The notes under the pieces are model-generated. The model worked only from the letters and a program-made list of their open reading frames with translations. It searched no databases and was not told the DNA's origin. The position numbers and the translations under genes are program-made. From positions 2,728,001 through 2,792,000 of the forward strand of contig OX337239.1 of the NCBI GenBank assembly GCA_946965045.2: a stretch of DNA of 64,000 nt, written 5' to 3'. This document shows, piece by piece, positions 20,324 to 32,785 of this stretch; the first letter of the stretch is position 1, and every line of letters starts with the position of its first letter. The stretch is from Epithemia pelagica (Eukaryota > Protista > Bacillariophyta).

Positions 20324-21427
20324 TTGGTGTTGGTGTTGGTGTTGGTGTTGTTGGTGTTGTTGGTGTTGTTGGTGTTGTTGGTGTTGTTGGTGTTGTTGGT
20401 GTTGGTGGTGTTGTTGGTGTTGGTGGTGGTGGTGGTGGTGGTGGTGGTGGTGGTGGTGGTGGTGGTGTTGGTGTTGGTGTTGGTGTTGGTGGTGGTGGTG
20501 GTGGTGGTGTTGGTGGTGTTGGTGGTGTTGGTGGTGTTGGTGGTGTTGGTGGTGTTGGTGTTGGTGTTGGTGTTGGTGTTGGTGTTGGTGTTGGTGTTGG
20601 TGTTGCTCTTGTGTTTTTTGTTGTGTTTTGAGCAGAAGCGAAAAAAGAGAGTTGGGTACAACTGTCCGAGACGTGACGTCGTTTCCTGTGTACGCGCCAA
20701 TCACTTCACCATCTTTGATTGTCCGAACTGCAAAAACGCCAAACTCGGCGCCTGGGAGTTTTGACTCCTTCACCTCAAACAGAAGCACTTTTCCAAGGTA
20801 GATCTTGACTACCGGCTTGTTCGCAAATGTGTAACCGACTTGCTTGCCGATTGGGAAGGTATGTTTTCTGTTCTTCTTGACAGGGAGACCCATTCCACCC
20901 GAAAGTGGCACAATCTTCCCCTTTTGCAAGCCTGAACCGGGCTTCCGAATTGGAGCTTCTTGGACCGAAAAAGTGGCTGAAATCTTCCGTGAGACATACT
21001 CTCCCATAGCACAGGCAAGTACAGCACTGTCTTTGATCTTGGAGAGCGTCTTGAGGCCTTCGGTGAAAGTCCTGATTGGATCCCGTCCAGAACAAGAAGG
21101 GAGTTTCTCCACTTCCTCGACGCCTTTCTTGTAGTCCGCTGTGCGCGTCTCGGTGAGAAGCTGCCGCATTTTAGTGTCCGAATACTGTTTGCTGTGGTCC
21201 TTCTCTGGATGGCCACGCCAAACATCTGCAATCTTTTTATCCTTCACTTCGGCAAAGTCTTGATCCGAAAGAAACCGATGGTGCTTTGTTGTTGTCGCTT
21301 CGTCTGTTGCTGCTGCTTCGGGTGCTGCGGCTGCTGCTGCTTCGGGCGCCGCTGCTGCTTTGGCTGACTGCTCTTCCGCTGCATCTATTGCAAGTATAAG
21401 AGCTTCAAGATTTCCTTTGTCACTCAT
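20222..21427 (-). CDS. Protein with the N-terminal half of a SET domain, running into a poly-Q/H microsatellite
   Basis: FEVKESKLPGAEFGVFAVRTIKDGEVIGAYTG matches SET motif I (GxGxFAxxxIxxGxxIxxYxG). No NHSCxPN or ELxYDY motif follows. Confidence 0.65.
20226..20606. repeat. Compound (GTT)n/(GGT)n/(GGTGTT)n microsatellite
   Basis: Directly visible. It encodes poly-Q/H in the frame of ORF 20222..21427. Confidence 0.98.
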
Positions 21428-21872
21428 GCTGTCTCGTTTTTGAGCGCCTGCTTTTAATACTATTTCTTAGGGCTTGGTTTCCCCATGGTCGAAACGCAAA
21501 AACTCGAAACACGAAACACGAAACACAAGAAACACGAAACGCAGTATTCTCCTCAGCCCTCAGCTCACATTCCAGAAAAAATCTTGAGCTCACATACTAA
21601 AAAACGGTGAAGTTTTGGTATGTGGGCTGAGTTACAAAAGGATTTGCGTGCCAGTTTTGCGATGCGTGCGCGTTTTCGGAGAGGGGGGCGTGTTTCGCGC
21701 GAGGTCTCACATTTTCGAGGTACTTACAAACTGATAATCCAACACGCAACCCGAGCACGCAACACGGAAGTGATCATTGATACCAATAACTGACAAGAAA
21801 TACATTCAATAAAATGGATTGCTGTTATAAATAGTTAAGTTACATGCATTTTGATGATAAATGGAGATTAGA

Positions 21873-24322
21873 TCAGGTTTCTACTAAACCAGATCCTTGC
21901 GTTTCTCTCCAGAGACGTGAGATGAAGCCATGATTTTGGTCGAAGGCGGATCGGTGACACTTGATTGCTTTTGACATCTTTTCAATTTCAGCATACGAGA
22001 GGCCCGCAGCTGCACAGTCTCTGTTGTTGGAATTTTGATCGTATAACAAGTACGCGAGCATATAGCGACGTGCCTTTGCTGACATTTTCCGAATGATTTC
22101 GGGTGTTGTTTTCTTCAGGCTCGCTGTCAAACATCGTAAAAAGGCAGCTTTGTCTTTCTTCTCATTCAGTGAGAAAGCACGAAAGACTTTTTTTAGTAAC
22201 CCCAGCCATACTCGATCCCCTCACCGGCCATTTCACAGTGATACTTGGTCGATACAAGAATCTCGATCCTGCAACGATGTCGTTCAGACAAGTCTTCCGC
22301 CAGCTTCTCCATTGCAGATTTTTCATTCTTGAAATCGGAGCATTTGCTCATCAGATGAACCATAGAGTACTTTTTGTAGTCCGCCTGATAGGCTTCTTTC
22401 ACAGTCTTCTTATCCGCTTCCAACCATGAATCTCTGGTTATCTTGACGTACTTGATCATGTTGTTAGGGTCTATCCACCCCTGCTCCCATAACACTTGAA
22501 AGAGCCCTTTTGCAGCATTCATCCAGCCTTCCTCGATCACATCATCTTCAATCACCGTTGCAATGTTGGAGCGTTTACAAAGGTCCTGTAGTTCACTAGC
22601 ATTTTTCGATTGAAATGAACGTTGCATTGCAGGTCCCATGACCCGGAAAGGTTTGCCATGAGCTCCTTCTTTGTGAGGTTGCGCTTTTTCTTTCTACCAG
22701 TTCGGTGTGTATTCTTCGATGCGACACGCTGCGCGTCATTGAGACAATGGCCTTTTTTAGCAACTGGACCACGATCGTTCTCCTGATAGACGAGGTGTTG
22801 TACGTCACCAACTCGTAGTTTGTCGTCATGGTTGTACGGGCCAAGGCAAGCTTGATCAATAATTTGTGTGAACTGCATGCTGGGAACAGCTCCTCCCCAG
22901 TCATTATTCATGTTCAGAGCATTTAACCCATCGGATTGTTGTTTTCCATGACCACTGCTTTGGTCGAACAAAAAGACAAAGTCATGGGCGGGGAACATGA
23001 CCACGAGGCAATCGACAATATCCTCCAACTGCAAGGCCATGTATTCATAATTCCAATATCCCTCTTTATCTGCTCGGTATTCAAAAAAGCGAGTGAACGG
23101 TTGGGTATTGGTAATTGGGGTCTTGGCAGTGTGACCATTGAGATTCACTGCAGCCTCGGTAGAGACGTATTTGTTGTGTGTCGCATGTAGACAGAGTTCA
23201 TTAATCCGAAATAGACTCGCAGCAAGCAACGGGTTTCCGTTCATAAGGAAGCCCCATGATCGGCTTACAAAAGCGCTGATCATCATCCCATGTCCATCAT
23301 CCTTTGGCAGCATTTTAGTTGCGCCATCTTTAGTGTACCATGCCTTAGACCAGAAGGAAAACTACTTGTAGATCGATTCGTCCTGGCCGATGAGGATGAC
23401 AGGTTTGCGGTCGGAGGGAAACCTGTGTGACAAGTTTCCATTGTGAATTGTGTTTTCTGGTTTGATGTACCGTTCAAATTCGCTTTGGAAGGCATCAACA
23501 TGGCATCAACATGGTACTCCCGCATCTGCTTGCCTGTTGTTAGATCAGTGTACTCAAATACAAAGCTGTTTGGCAAGAGCTTCTCCTTGCCCGCATTCCC
23601 TTCGTTTTCAAGTTTGATTGCATCCTCGGTAGGGAGCTGCATCTACCGATACAACAGCTCTTCCCACTTAAAGTACTTCTTGACAAAAGCAGCTCTGTGG
23701 GCAACATTCTCAGCATTTTCGTGTCAATCAGTGAAGTATGTTTTCGTGTGTTCCTTGAACACGAACCCTGCAGCAGCAATAGATCGCCACGCTGTGCTAT
23801 GCGAAATGGTGGAAAGCTTCATCGATGCCAAGAAGTCCTTGTACGATACTGGCGTTGCATTCGTATCCATGCACTCTTGTACGATCATGGTATGCATATC
23901 CGGAAGCAATGTTGTCCTCAGGTACATTAGAGCAGACTCTGTTGTAAGAGTGCTCAGGTTTTCCTTTGCCGAGCATTCAAACTTTACCTTTGCTTCAGGT
24001 ATGTGAACGAATAAGACGGGCGATGGCTCTTTCCCAATATGAACGTGGTAGTTGGGATGAGGGAAACTGTCGTTTTCCCGAAAGTACCTGTGAAAACGAG
24101 CAATGGTCTTGGGATGTTTTTTACTTTTTCACCATAAATCTGTTCCATTTTGCTAATGGCTTCGCTTATGCAGTTCAGCCATGTACGACCGTGTGGCATA
24201 TCAAGCAACGCTATCTTATAAGAAAGTTGTAAATACTTTGCCTTGAGCAGTACCCTCTGTTGCTGTTCCTGGTTGAGGGGGAAGATGTCTCCCTTGTTAA
24301 CCACATTCGGAAGTGCCTCCAC
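21873..24322 (-). mobile_element. Degraded IS630/Tc1-mariner-superfamily DDE transposase with a long insertion between the second D and the E
   Basis: Fragments in order: HTH-like ISHSTAWRSIAAAGFVF..KTYFTD*HE, then VILIGQDES (D at about 23380), PKDDGHGMMISAF, EGYWN, FLFDQSSGH (D at about 22963), KYHCEMAGEGIEYGWG (E at about 22211), and the C-terminal ARRYMLAY...KCHRSAFD. Several stops and frameshifts. Confidence 0.75.
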
Positions 24323-24725
24323 GTTGGAAATGGCCCTTTCAAGGGTTTCTATTCATCGCTCAAGATTTTGTTTTGACGATCAGTGAGAATCGCATTTGCC
24401 GGCAAAGAGCCTACGGTTCCTTGGTTCATCAAAATAGGCGATTTCCATTTGTTGCGATAGACCTTGGATCATCTCACACTCGAAAACTGAAAAACCAATC
24501 GGCAAACTCTGTGGATGGTCATGGCCGATTTTGTCTGTGGCCAATTCAGGATGTTGGATTGCTCCAACAAGCACCTGATTTGTGTTGTCGTGAGGTGGTG
24601 ACGTTTGCATTTCGGTAGGGCTGTCTCCAATTTGTGGCGGTTGACCATGTTGCTGCGCTGCAGTGCTCTTCATTGCTGGTGGTGTTGTAGTGTTTCTTGC
24701 TTGCCTGGATACAGTTGCCGTGCCT

Positions 24726-25229
24726 TCATGTACCCCTGGTGAGTCTTCGTTCCTTCGCTTCGTTGGCTTCTCTCGTCCCTCCCGACCGCCGAATCACATT
24801 CTCGGCTGCAGCCTCTAGCCATTCTTCATGATCGCTGAATATCACTGGCCGTGTTGTTGTGTCGGAGCTGACATAGAAGAATGTGTATCTTTTCTTCTGG
24901 ATTGTGACTTTGTGGCGGTACCAGCCAAACTTGTTTGTTTCCGACACCTCAGTTTCGAAACAGAGTTTAAGAACAACATCTTTAGTCAAAACAAGATTCA
25001 GTCTGAATGTCGACAGTCCTGGCAACCAAGTGCGCATGAAGTTAACAATCTCGGTGTCTTGGATCCACTTGTTGCAGAACCCAAACGAGGATGGGGAGCA
25101 TTGCGTCTTAAAGACGTCAAGAATCTCTTGTGCCGATAAACTTCGTTCCATCCGAGACTGTGTTGCGTGGGATGAGTTGGATGATTGCGTCATTGAGTAT
25201 GATGCCAACCCCGTACCTTGTTGCCCCAT
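24726..25229 (-). CDS. Hypothetical ORF upstream of the transposase, possibly its N-terminal part
   Basis: A 167-aa ORF with a globular-looking middle, on the same strand and directly upstream. Confidence 0.35.
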   Translation of the reverse strand: MGQQGTGLASYSMTQSSNSSHATQSRMERSLSAQEILDVFKTQCSPSSFGFCNKWIQDTEIVNFMRTWLPGLSTFRLNLVLTKDVVLKLCFETEVSETNKFGWYRHKVTIQKKRYTFFYVSSDTTTRPVIFSDHEEWLEAAAENVIRRSGGTREANEAKERRLTRGT

Positions 25230-25831
25230 TGAGGGTGGTTCAAGTAAACCCTAAAGCGTCCGGATGCAGCTCGGCAACAAGGTACGCGGTTGGGATGGCC
25301 CTCCACCATGGTCGTTAGACAACAACCGTTTTTTCATTATTTTGGACGGAATTCCAGCGTTCGGAAGCTGTCACGCAACACACTAAACAAATAAAAGTTT
25401 ATCCTAAGACTCTGGGAAGTCTCGAGTCGGACACTTTCATTCACTAGTAAGGCCGAACGCTATTAAGGATTATACTCTATGGTACTAAATCTACGAGGGG
25501 TCTACGTCAGGAACATACTCCCTGAACTCAGCTTGTAATCTGCTTCCACTCGCACTCGGTCGATCAGGGCATCAACGATAGGGAGCTCCTCTAGTTTCCC
25601 GACATCCACGATAAACACTGGTGGTGTATCTTTAAGTGAGCTGAACGAGAATCTAGCTTGGAGTCCCAGTCGTCTTCTTTCTTGGTATGACATGTGCGGG
25701 ATCGTATCAATGATACTATCGCTCCTCATGTCCGTCCCCTGATCGCTTTCGTCATTTGTAGGAGAGTCGGCGGTTGGTGAGAATGAGGAGGAAGTCGTCC
25801 ACGTGAATACTGATGACCTTGAGTTTGTTGA

Positions 25832-26260
25832 TCAAGTCGATATCGGGCGACAGAAGATGACTCTTTCGTCGTCGTCTGACTCATCAGTGCTGGGTTTGTC
25901 GTTTGTCTTGAGCCGGTGGAATCTCGGTTTATGGCGGCAGGCGCCATAAACCTCATTGCACTTGTTGATGGCTTGTTTCGGTTGTTCTCTGGTGAATTTC
26001 AAAATTGCTAGTCTTTTCTTTCGCACATAGTTTGCAGTTGCGTGTTCCGAACGTTTTTACTGTCGATAGGGGTTTCCCTTACCAGAGGATCTCCACCTTG
26101 AGTTTGACGTGCTTCTTGATTTCCTTTCTCTCGATCCCACGGGGCACCAAGCTTGCGAAGTGGCTTGCAAAAGAGTCTGATTGTTTGTTGTGAATGACCA
26201 GGCTCTTGACGTCTTGAACGTGTTGTTGCATTCTTCTCTTGACGTGTTGTTGCGTGTTGC
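25832..26260 (-). mobile_element. Penelope-like element 3' relic (GIY-YIG endonuclease)
   Basis: CNTQQHVKRRMQQHVQDVK..SDSFASHFA..VEILW*GKPLSTVKTFGTRNCKLCAKERLAIL..AINKCNEVYGACRHKPRFHR, showing the CxLCxxE...N...CRH signature of PLE endonucleases. Confidence 0.7.
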
Positions 26261-27597
26261 ATGCAACAGTCATAGTGTGGCGAACAACAAGGAGTCTGTG
26301 GTGGTTGGAGCATCCTCGAGTGATGGTGAATCTGTTGATTCGGAGGATGGCATCGGTGAGAAAGTTGACAAACGCCATTCATCCTTTAGTGTCGACAGCA
26401 ACCTTTCGTTCGAGTTTGCTGAGACGCAAGAGCCATGCATTACATACAAGTTTGAATACTCATGATTGATTCGTAGTTCTAGTTGATACTTTGATTATTC
26501 TTGCTAGGAATCTGCGTGTTTTCATTTCGGATCACTGCAAGTGGCCTGTAGCTCGCCCCAATGGTCCTTAAACTACACAATCATATGCAAATTTCATTAA
26601 CAGTATCCCAACTGTTCATTGGACAGCACCATGGCACTCTATCATGCCAACAGGTGGTTCTCTATCGGGGTGGGCACACCGGGTACAAGTGTGCCCCACA
26701 CCCCTAAAATTTAGCACAACCCCCCAATGGAGGCACTCATATGACCTAGATATGTCATATATGGGTGCAATGGGGTATCGAATGTTGATAGAGGATGTCT
26801 TGGAGAAGAACTTTGAGCATCCACATGTTGTCGTAGGCCTAATATTGGTTATGTTCTATCTACTTGAAAATATGTGCCCAAATGGTAGTTTTTGCCCGTG
26901 ATGGGCACAACCCGGGACGAGGCACTAGGGCAGGATCGCCTCCCCAGTGACCATGGGCCTTCCCATTATGACTGCATGGGCCAGCCTGGGTGTCTTGGGT
27001 AGGTGCCAAAGACTGCAAGTCACTAGTTTGCTGTCTTGTTCATGGTGACATTTGACCTTTCTGATCATAAATCTGAGAGTTACCAAATGGCCGAAGAGTT
27101 TTCGTGATGACGAACACATGGGCCTGCGTGGTCGCGTGACGCATCGGTTTTCACTTCCGAATCCCCCCGGGTGCCCCCCAGGGCCATATTACGCAGACAC
27201 GACAATAGTACACAACAATCAAACTGGTCTACAGTTTCACTCGTGGGAATTCGATCGGCTTGTGTGTGCTTCCGAGAGTAGGGTCGGTTGCTCCTGTCAC
27301 GCTCGTCTGTGCTTCCGAGAGTAGGGCCATGCCCTCCAGCTCAGAAATTACCTCGGTGGATCGAGGTCGAACAGCTTGTTCTTCTCGGATTTATAGAGGG
27401 GTAGTGTCATGGAGGATGGAGGGGTCTCTATCCATGCATTGAGGCCAATAAATCCTCCACCACCATAAATCCCATTGGCGTAATGGGTCATCCTTCATGG
27501 ATGGAACGTCAATATAGTGCACGTGACTATAGGATAGGGCCTACACACATGGTAGTTGTAGCACCATCATGGTGACTAGAGTAGGATTACACTACGA

Positions 27598-28248
27598 TCA
27601 CATGTCGTCGTTCTCCTCGTTCTCGGATTCGCAGAAGTCCGGGTCGGCCTCTTTGTCATCTTCATCGTCGTTGTCACTCGTGAGATCCATCACGCGGACA
27701 CGGGTGGTCTTGCCGTCGGGAGTGGTCTTGAGGAACGTAAAGTCACGTTTACGCTTCGTGGTGGCCCGTTCCGGTGTCTTGAACGGGTCGACCTCGGGGT
27801 CCTCTGACACCTCCTCCTGACCATCTTCTGCATCCTGCTCCTCATTGGTCTTTGCCGCCGGTTTGCCATCCTCTTCTTCTTCGTCATCATCATCTCCGTT
27901 GTCGTCGTAGTCGTCATCGTCGTCGTACGAGTCTTCGGGGTGTTGGTCGACAGTGGCAATTTCATCGTGGAGACGGCGAAGACGGGCTTGGAGAGCATCT
28001 GCACGGGAGGATAGTTCCTCGCGTCGCGATTGCATGTCATGAAAAGATGACAGGAGCGTGTGCAAGACGCCCTGTATCTGGTGATTGTCAGCATTGTTGG
28101 CGGAAGTAATGTCCGCAAGTTCTTGGCGGATTTCCTCGATGGTATCCATTGCGTCGGAAGGGGTTGTCATGGTGATGGTTTGGTTTCCAGCGGTGAGCTG
28201 GATCTGATAAACTGAATAAAATAGGATTTGAAAATTATTACGCCTCAA
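27598..28248 (-). CDS. Hypothetical coiled-coil and acidic protein
   Basis: A 216-aa ORF (probable Met at MTTPSDAM) with a heptad-like helix followed by D/E-rich tracts. Confidence 0.45.
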   Translation of the reverse strand: MRRNNFQILFYSVYQIQLTAGNQTITMTTPSDAMDTIEEIRQELADITSANNADNHQIQGVLHTLLSSFHDMQSRREELSSRADALQARLRRLHDEIATVDQHPEDSYDDDDDYDDNGDDDDEEEEDGKPAAKTNEEQDAEDGQEEVSEDPEVDPFKTPERATTKRKRDFTFLKTTPDGKTTRVRVMDLTSDNDDEDDKEADPDFCESENEENDDM

Positions 28249-29559
28249 CCCGGTTACAGGGCATCCGGATTGCTATGTGCAAACGCATAGGGGAATTTCC
28301 TCAAATGGCTCTCGCGTTCAAATGATCATCGTTTGATCTTTTGCAATGACACAGGAAAACAATGGACCTCCAGATTGTTCCGCACCCAATTCCTCTATCC
28401 CTCATTGTACCAACAACAGCAGCAGACGATCCCATCCTCAAAGCCTTCAACACCACACCTGGCAATACAATACCCAACAAATACTGGTCCTTGCATTGTT
28501 ACAGAAGAGGGGCTCAATCTCATGTCTCTCGACGACATCGACATGTGGGCACCAGAGTAGCCACGGCACCGGAGACGTATGAATAAGCTCGATGGCGTCG
28601 TCGCAGATCGGGGGAACCTGTCGACGTGATGTACAGAGACAATGGACTCTACAAGAACGTCTGCGCATCACGCAATTCTGTCTCTGGAAAACAAGTGATC
28701 ATGTCGTCAGACAAGCCCTCAAGTTGGCGACCAAGCCATCCCAACACTAAGCCAATGAAGGAAGGAGAACTCAGCTAGGGGGAAAGGACAAGCGAAGAAT
28801 GGCCCACGTCCAGCCCAAAGGTAACGGTGCCAAACACAGACTTGGTTTGATGGGCTGAGTTGGACGGGACCAATCTTCGAATGTCGCCCTGCGGTCTAAG
28901 GGATGCTCCCTAACCACCTTTGCTATGAGTTTGACTAAGGCTTAACCATTCCACTCTACTGAGTGTCATCGGAAAATAATGAGAGTTGTGGAAGAGATCG
29001 AAGAAAAATATGACAAAAGCAAAGATTCAGCTTTTATCTCCCCAGGTATCATACTCTTCAAACAGACTTTGTATATGGTGAAGCACTACAACGTTGGGAG
29101 ATAGCGTTTCCAATTATGGGTAGTGTCAAATCCAGAGAAAGCTTCACCGATACTCTCAAGGTATACCTCAGTGCATACCCTATGCTGATTGAAATTGTTG
29201 CCCGTACAGCAAGGATAAACGTGTTGCCCGAGCAGCGTACAGCAAGGATAAACGACTTGGGGCATTGGCAGCTAAACTTAAGGTGGACTTCATGACATCT
29301 GATAGATCAAAATTCTGAAAAGATAGAACAATATCGGTCAGAGAAATTGTTTGGACAGTGCAGCATATGGCTGCCGTCGATCAGATGCTGGAACCAATTT
29401 CGCGTAAAAGGGAAGGAGTTGATGTCGAGAAATCGTTGGCCATTGGCCATGACGCTGCCAGATCGTTGGTTTCACCCATATTTTGATATACCACAAACTA
29501 GTGCTTCACATCAGAATGATTTTTGAATCTTGCTGTTCTCATTAATATGGCTTGTCATG

Positions 29560-30522
29560 GTGTTCGGTAGACCCAACAAACCAAAATGCCAGATTGGATG
29601 AGCTCTACCCGACCCAGTTTGCTGCCCTTGAACACTCCAAACTTTTCAAGACCCACTCGATCCCACCCTTGGGAGGTATTCTTGGGAGGTATTGCTGAAA
29701 ATGGAACAAGAGAAACTCGACACAGAGTCACTAGCTCTCAAAAAACGATTTGAAAGAGACTGCAAAAGCTATTTATTTCAAGATTGGATATTCCAACTTT
29801 TGGAAAAAAAAAACCAATCTACAAGACACTCAAAGAAATCAAAAGTCGCTTCCCCTTATTGTCCTGGCTCAGATTTTCCATGTCCTACCACACAGATTCA
29901 TCAACATCCGTGGACACTTCCAAGGGGATTTGAACATGGATTTGAACATGAAGTTTAATGATGGTCGAAGGTTGCTAGACTTCGAGGACCTAGACTGTAA
30001 TTGCTGTAACTGCAAAGCCTGCCCCTACGGAGGACTTTGCAGAAGATCGATCGTGGTCTCCAATCGGGCAAACAGTACATTGGAAATACCCAACAACATG
30101 TCAAAAAGAAGATGCATGTGCAAAGACGTCAAACAACTCGTGACCAAAGGGGAAAACTTCGACTCCTTCCCAAGCCGTTTTGCCTGCTTTGTACAACGTA
30201 ACATTGAGAAAAAAGAAATCAAGAACCACGTTCGACTGAAAGTCGAAAGCCACTCTCAATGGTGAAGACTTTTGGAACCAAACCGTGCAAGCTCTGTTCC
30301 CCCGAACGTCTCGAAATTCTCAAATTCAACAAAAAACACCCAAACTTAGCAATCAACAAGTGCAATGAAATCTATGGCACTTGCTGCCATAAACCCTGCT
30401 TCCTCCACCGGTTCCCACCCAACAACAACACCCCCAGCACTGATGAGTGGATGAACGACAAAAGAGTCTTTGTCTGCCGGAAGTCAAGCACCTCATCTTT
30501 CTTGTGGACCTCCCTCAAATGA
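29560..30522 (+). mobile_element. Penelope-like element relic (RT thumb, linker, GIY-YIG)
   Basis: Fragments NARLDELYPTQFAALEH, HRFINIRGHFQGDL..DFEDLDCNC..CPYGGLCRRSIVV and VKTFGTKPCKLCSPERLEIL..AINKCNEIYGTCCHKP. Paralogous to 25832-26260. Confidence 0.7.
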
Positions 30523-31883
30523 TGAATTCAAATGATGAACTTCAAGGACTGGAAGGGGGAGGAGCAGCAGCATCATCAATTCTGTGCTTGTGTTTAGTTG
30601 TAGTCAATGTAATAAGAGCTTTCTTTCCTTGTTGTGGGCCATTGTCACTTGTGTTCATTCCTGTGTGTGCTCTTCTTTCTTATCAAGCCAAAGCCAGGGC
30701 AAAGCGCAAAACCAGTTATGAGCAATGATGTCACGAAAGATAAACCAAATCAGAAGAGCTGCTTGTATTGAGTAGAATATACCATTGGCTTGGCATTGAT
30801 GCGATGGTTTGCGCGACCATCACCATATACTTCAACCTACTAATAGCTTCATCAGGTACCGAATCTTGGCTTAGATTCCAAACAAGCAGTTATTAGAGAA
30901 GGTGATGTCATGATACGTAACCAAATCGTACCAATTTCCAATAAAAATGCCAAGGTTCTCTGACACATGAACACCGCTCCCTTCATTGTGGTGACATCAT
31001 TCCCAAATTAGAATGCCTCCACTGGGGCTCACAAAACCGCAGCACAATCGCAGTTCCGGCTACTGCCGACCTCGCCAGAGGTAAGCCGGCTATGGCAAAA
31101 AATAATTATCTTTCGCACAAACAACAACGAATTTTCAATCGTCTATTGAATTTTCATGTACCGCAGTGATATGGAAAGCACCTTTATGAGTTCTTTCAAA
31201 TGAGCTCCTCAAGACTGTGCAATTCATGCTTCAAGCAATCTATATCTGATTTGAAAGATTAACCATCAATCCGTTCGGTGGTAAATACATAAACACGAAT
31301 TTCACGTGGAATATGTATATTGCCGTGCTTGTTTTTCATCTTTTGTACTCAAAATGATCAACTTCGTGGAAAACTCAGTGAGGATGATGATGATGATGGG
31401 GATTAAGTTGTCACTTTGTTAGTGCGTATGTGATACTGCGACCACAATAAGATCCTCCCCCAATTTTTCCACAACAGTTCTTCGAACTGCAAATCGAAGT
31501 GTGCCTCTATTGGGAACTAGAACTACGGAGAGTAATTGGCCATTACTTTGGCCTCTATTACTTGTGAATAAACACAATTGATGCTTGGTTTGTGTATGTA
31601 CATCCCACTTAACTTGGTGTGGGCTCCACCATAGATACAAGCTCTCTGTTGATGATAGTTTTCTAAATTGTAGAGACATTACAAGCCATACAGGAAGTCA
31701 CCAACTGGAAGAAGCAATCCAGGAAGTCACCAACTGGAAGAAGCAATCCAGAAAGAAGGAGGAGGGCGTGATAAATGGTGACATTATTAGATTGTGAGTG
31801 TATGACTTCAAATGGTGTTTTAAGCGTTGGGTTGCCAATTGTTTGTTTCATATGGCTAAAACTTGCATTTAGAGCCTAAACAT

Positions 31884-32765
31884 TCAATCATCCACTCATG
31901 GTTGGTCTTCTCTTGTGTGAACATTCACACTTTTCACACAAGAACAGCTTCGGCATGTTGTGAACTTTTTTGCATCCTCTGAGACGTGGTGGACAACAGG
32001 CCAATTCTTTGTCGAGGTCCAAGAAAACAAGTCTATTAATGTGTGGATTCATGTTGCGAGATAAAAATCTTTTGGAATGAATAAAGACAAATTTTTATAC
32101 CATTCTTGCAATCTTCATCGGTTACACAAGTTAAAAAAATTTTCATTTAGGTAAATATAACTAGACCTATGTTTGTGTAACCCCAAACCTTTTTGTCATT
32201 TTAGTCGCTTTCAGAATCCTTGTGCATCGGCACAAAAATATAAGGTGTTCCTGTCCAAATTAAAAGCCAACATAGCAGGATGTTTGACGTCTTCGTTTGA
32301 AGTTAGTGACACCATGACAAGAACTGACATGTTTTCTCTCTTCCACGATGGCAATAGAACATCGTTTGGATATGGATCCGGGATTGATTCTTGTGACAAA
32401 ACTTTGTCAACATAAACGTGATCTTCGTGATGGTAATGGATCATTAGTTTCAAGCAAAGTATATCACAACGTTCCAGGCATTATACATGAGTTATCTCCA
32501 CTGGTGTCTATAGGGGGTATGAACAATTCTAATCAACCCCGTCAGTGTCATATATGTAAAACATGTAAACAAGTAAAAAGAGCCTTGAACAAGTAAAAAG
32601 AGCCTTGATCTTGACTCTTGCCAAGACCCGGAGCATACTGCGTGGCAAGCATCATTGCTCTTTTAGGATCTTGTTATTTCTTGTATTCTCCTCTTCAGCG
32701 AACTTCTTGAAATAGAAACCCCAGCTCCGTTGACGCTTTAACACAGGGTCTGACACATCTGGTAT
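31884..32765 (-). pseudogene. Degraded copy of the ORF 16236..17309 family and near-duplicate of 43170-44455 with an internal deletion of about 380 bp
   Basis: Nucleotide near-identity to 43170-43503 and 43880-44455, and peptide KLMIHYHHEDHVYVDKVL. Confidence 0.75.
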
Positions 32766-32785
32766 AGTGTACAAGGTTTGGTGTG

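Noticed and set aside
20113-20764. Poly-V/G, poly-L/V and poly-N/T ORFs
   Set aside because: These are stop-free frames created by the trinucleotide microsatellite.
25492-25501. Mariner-like end TACGAGGGG
   Set aside because: No corresponding inverted end was found.
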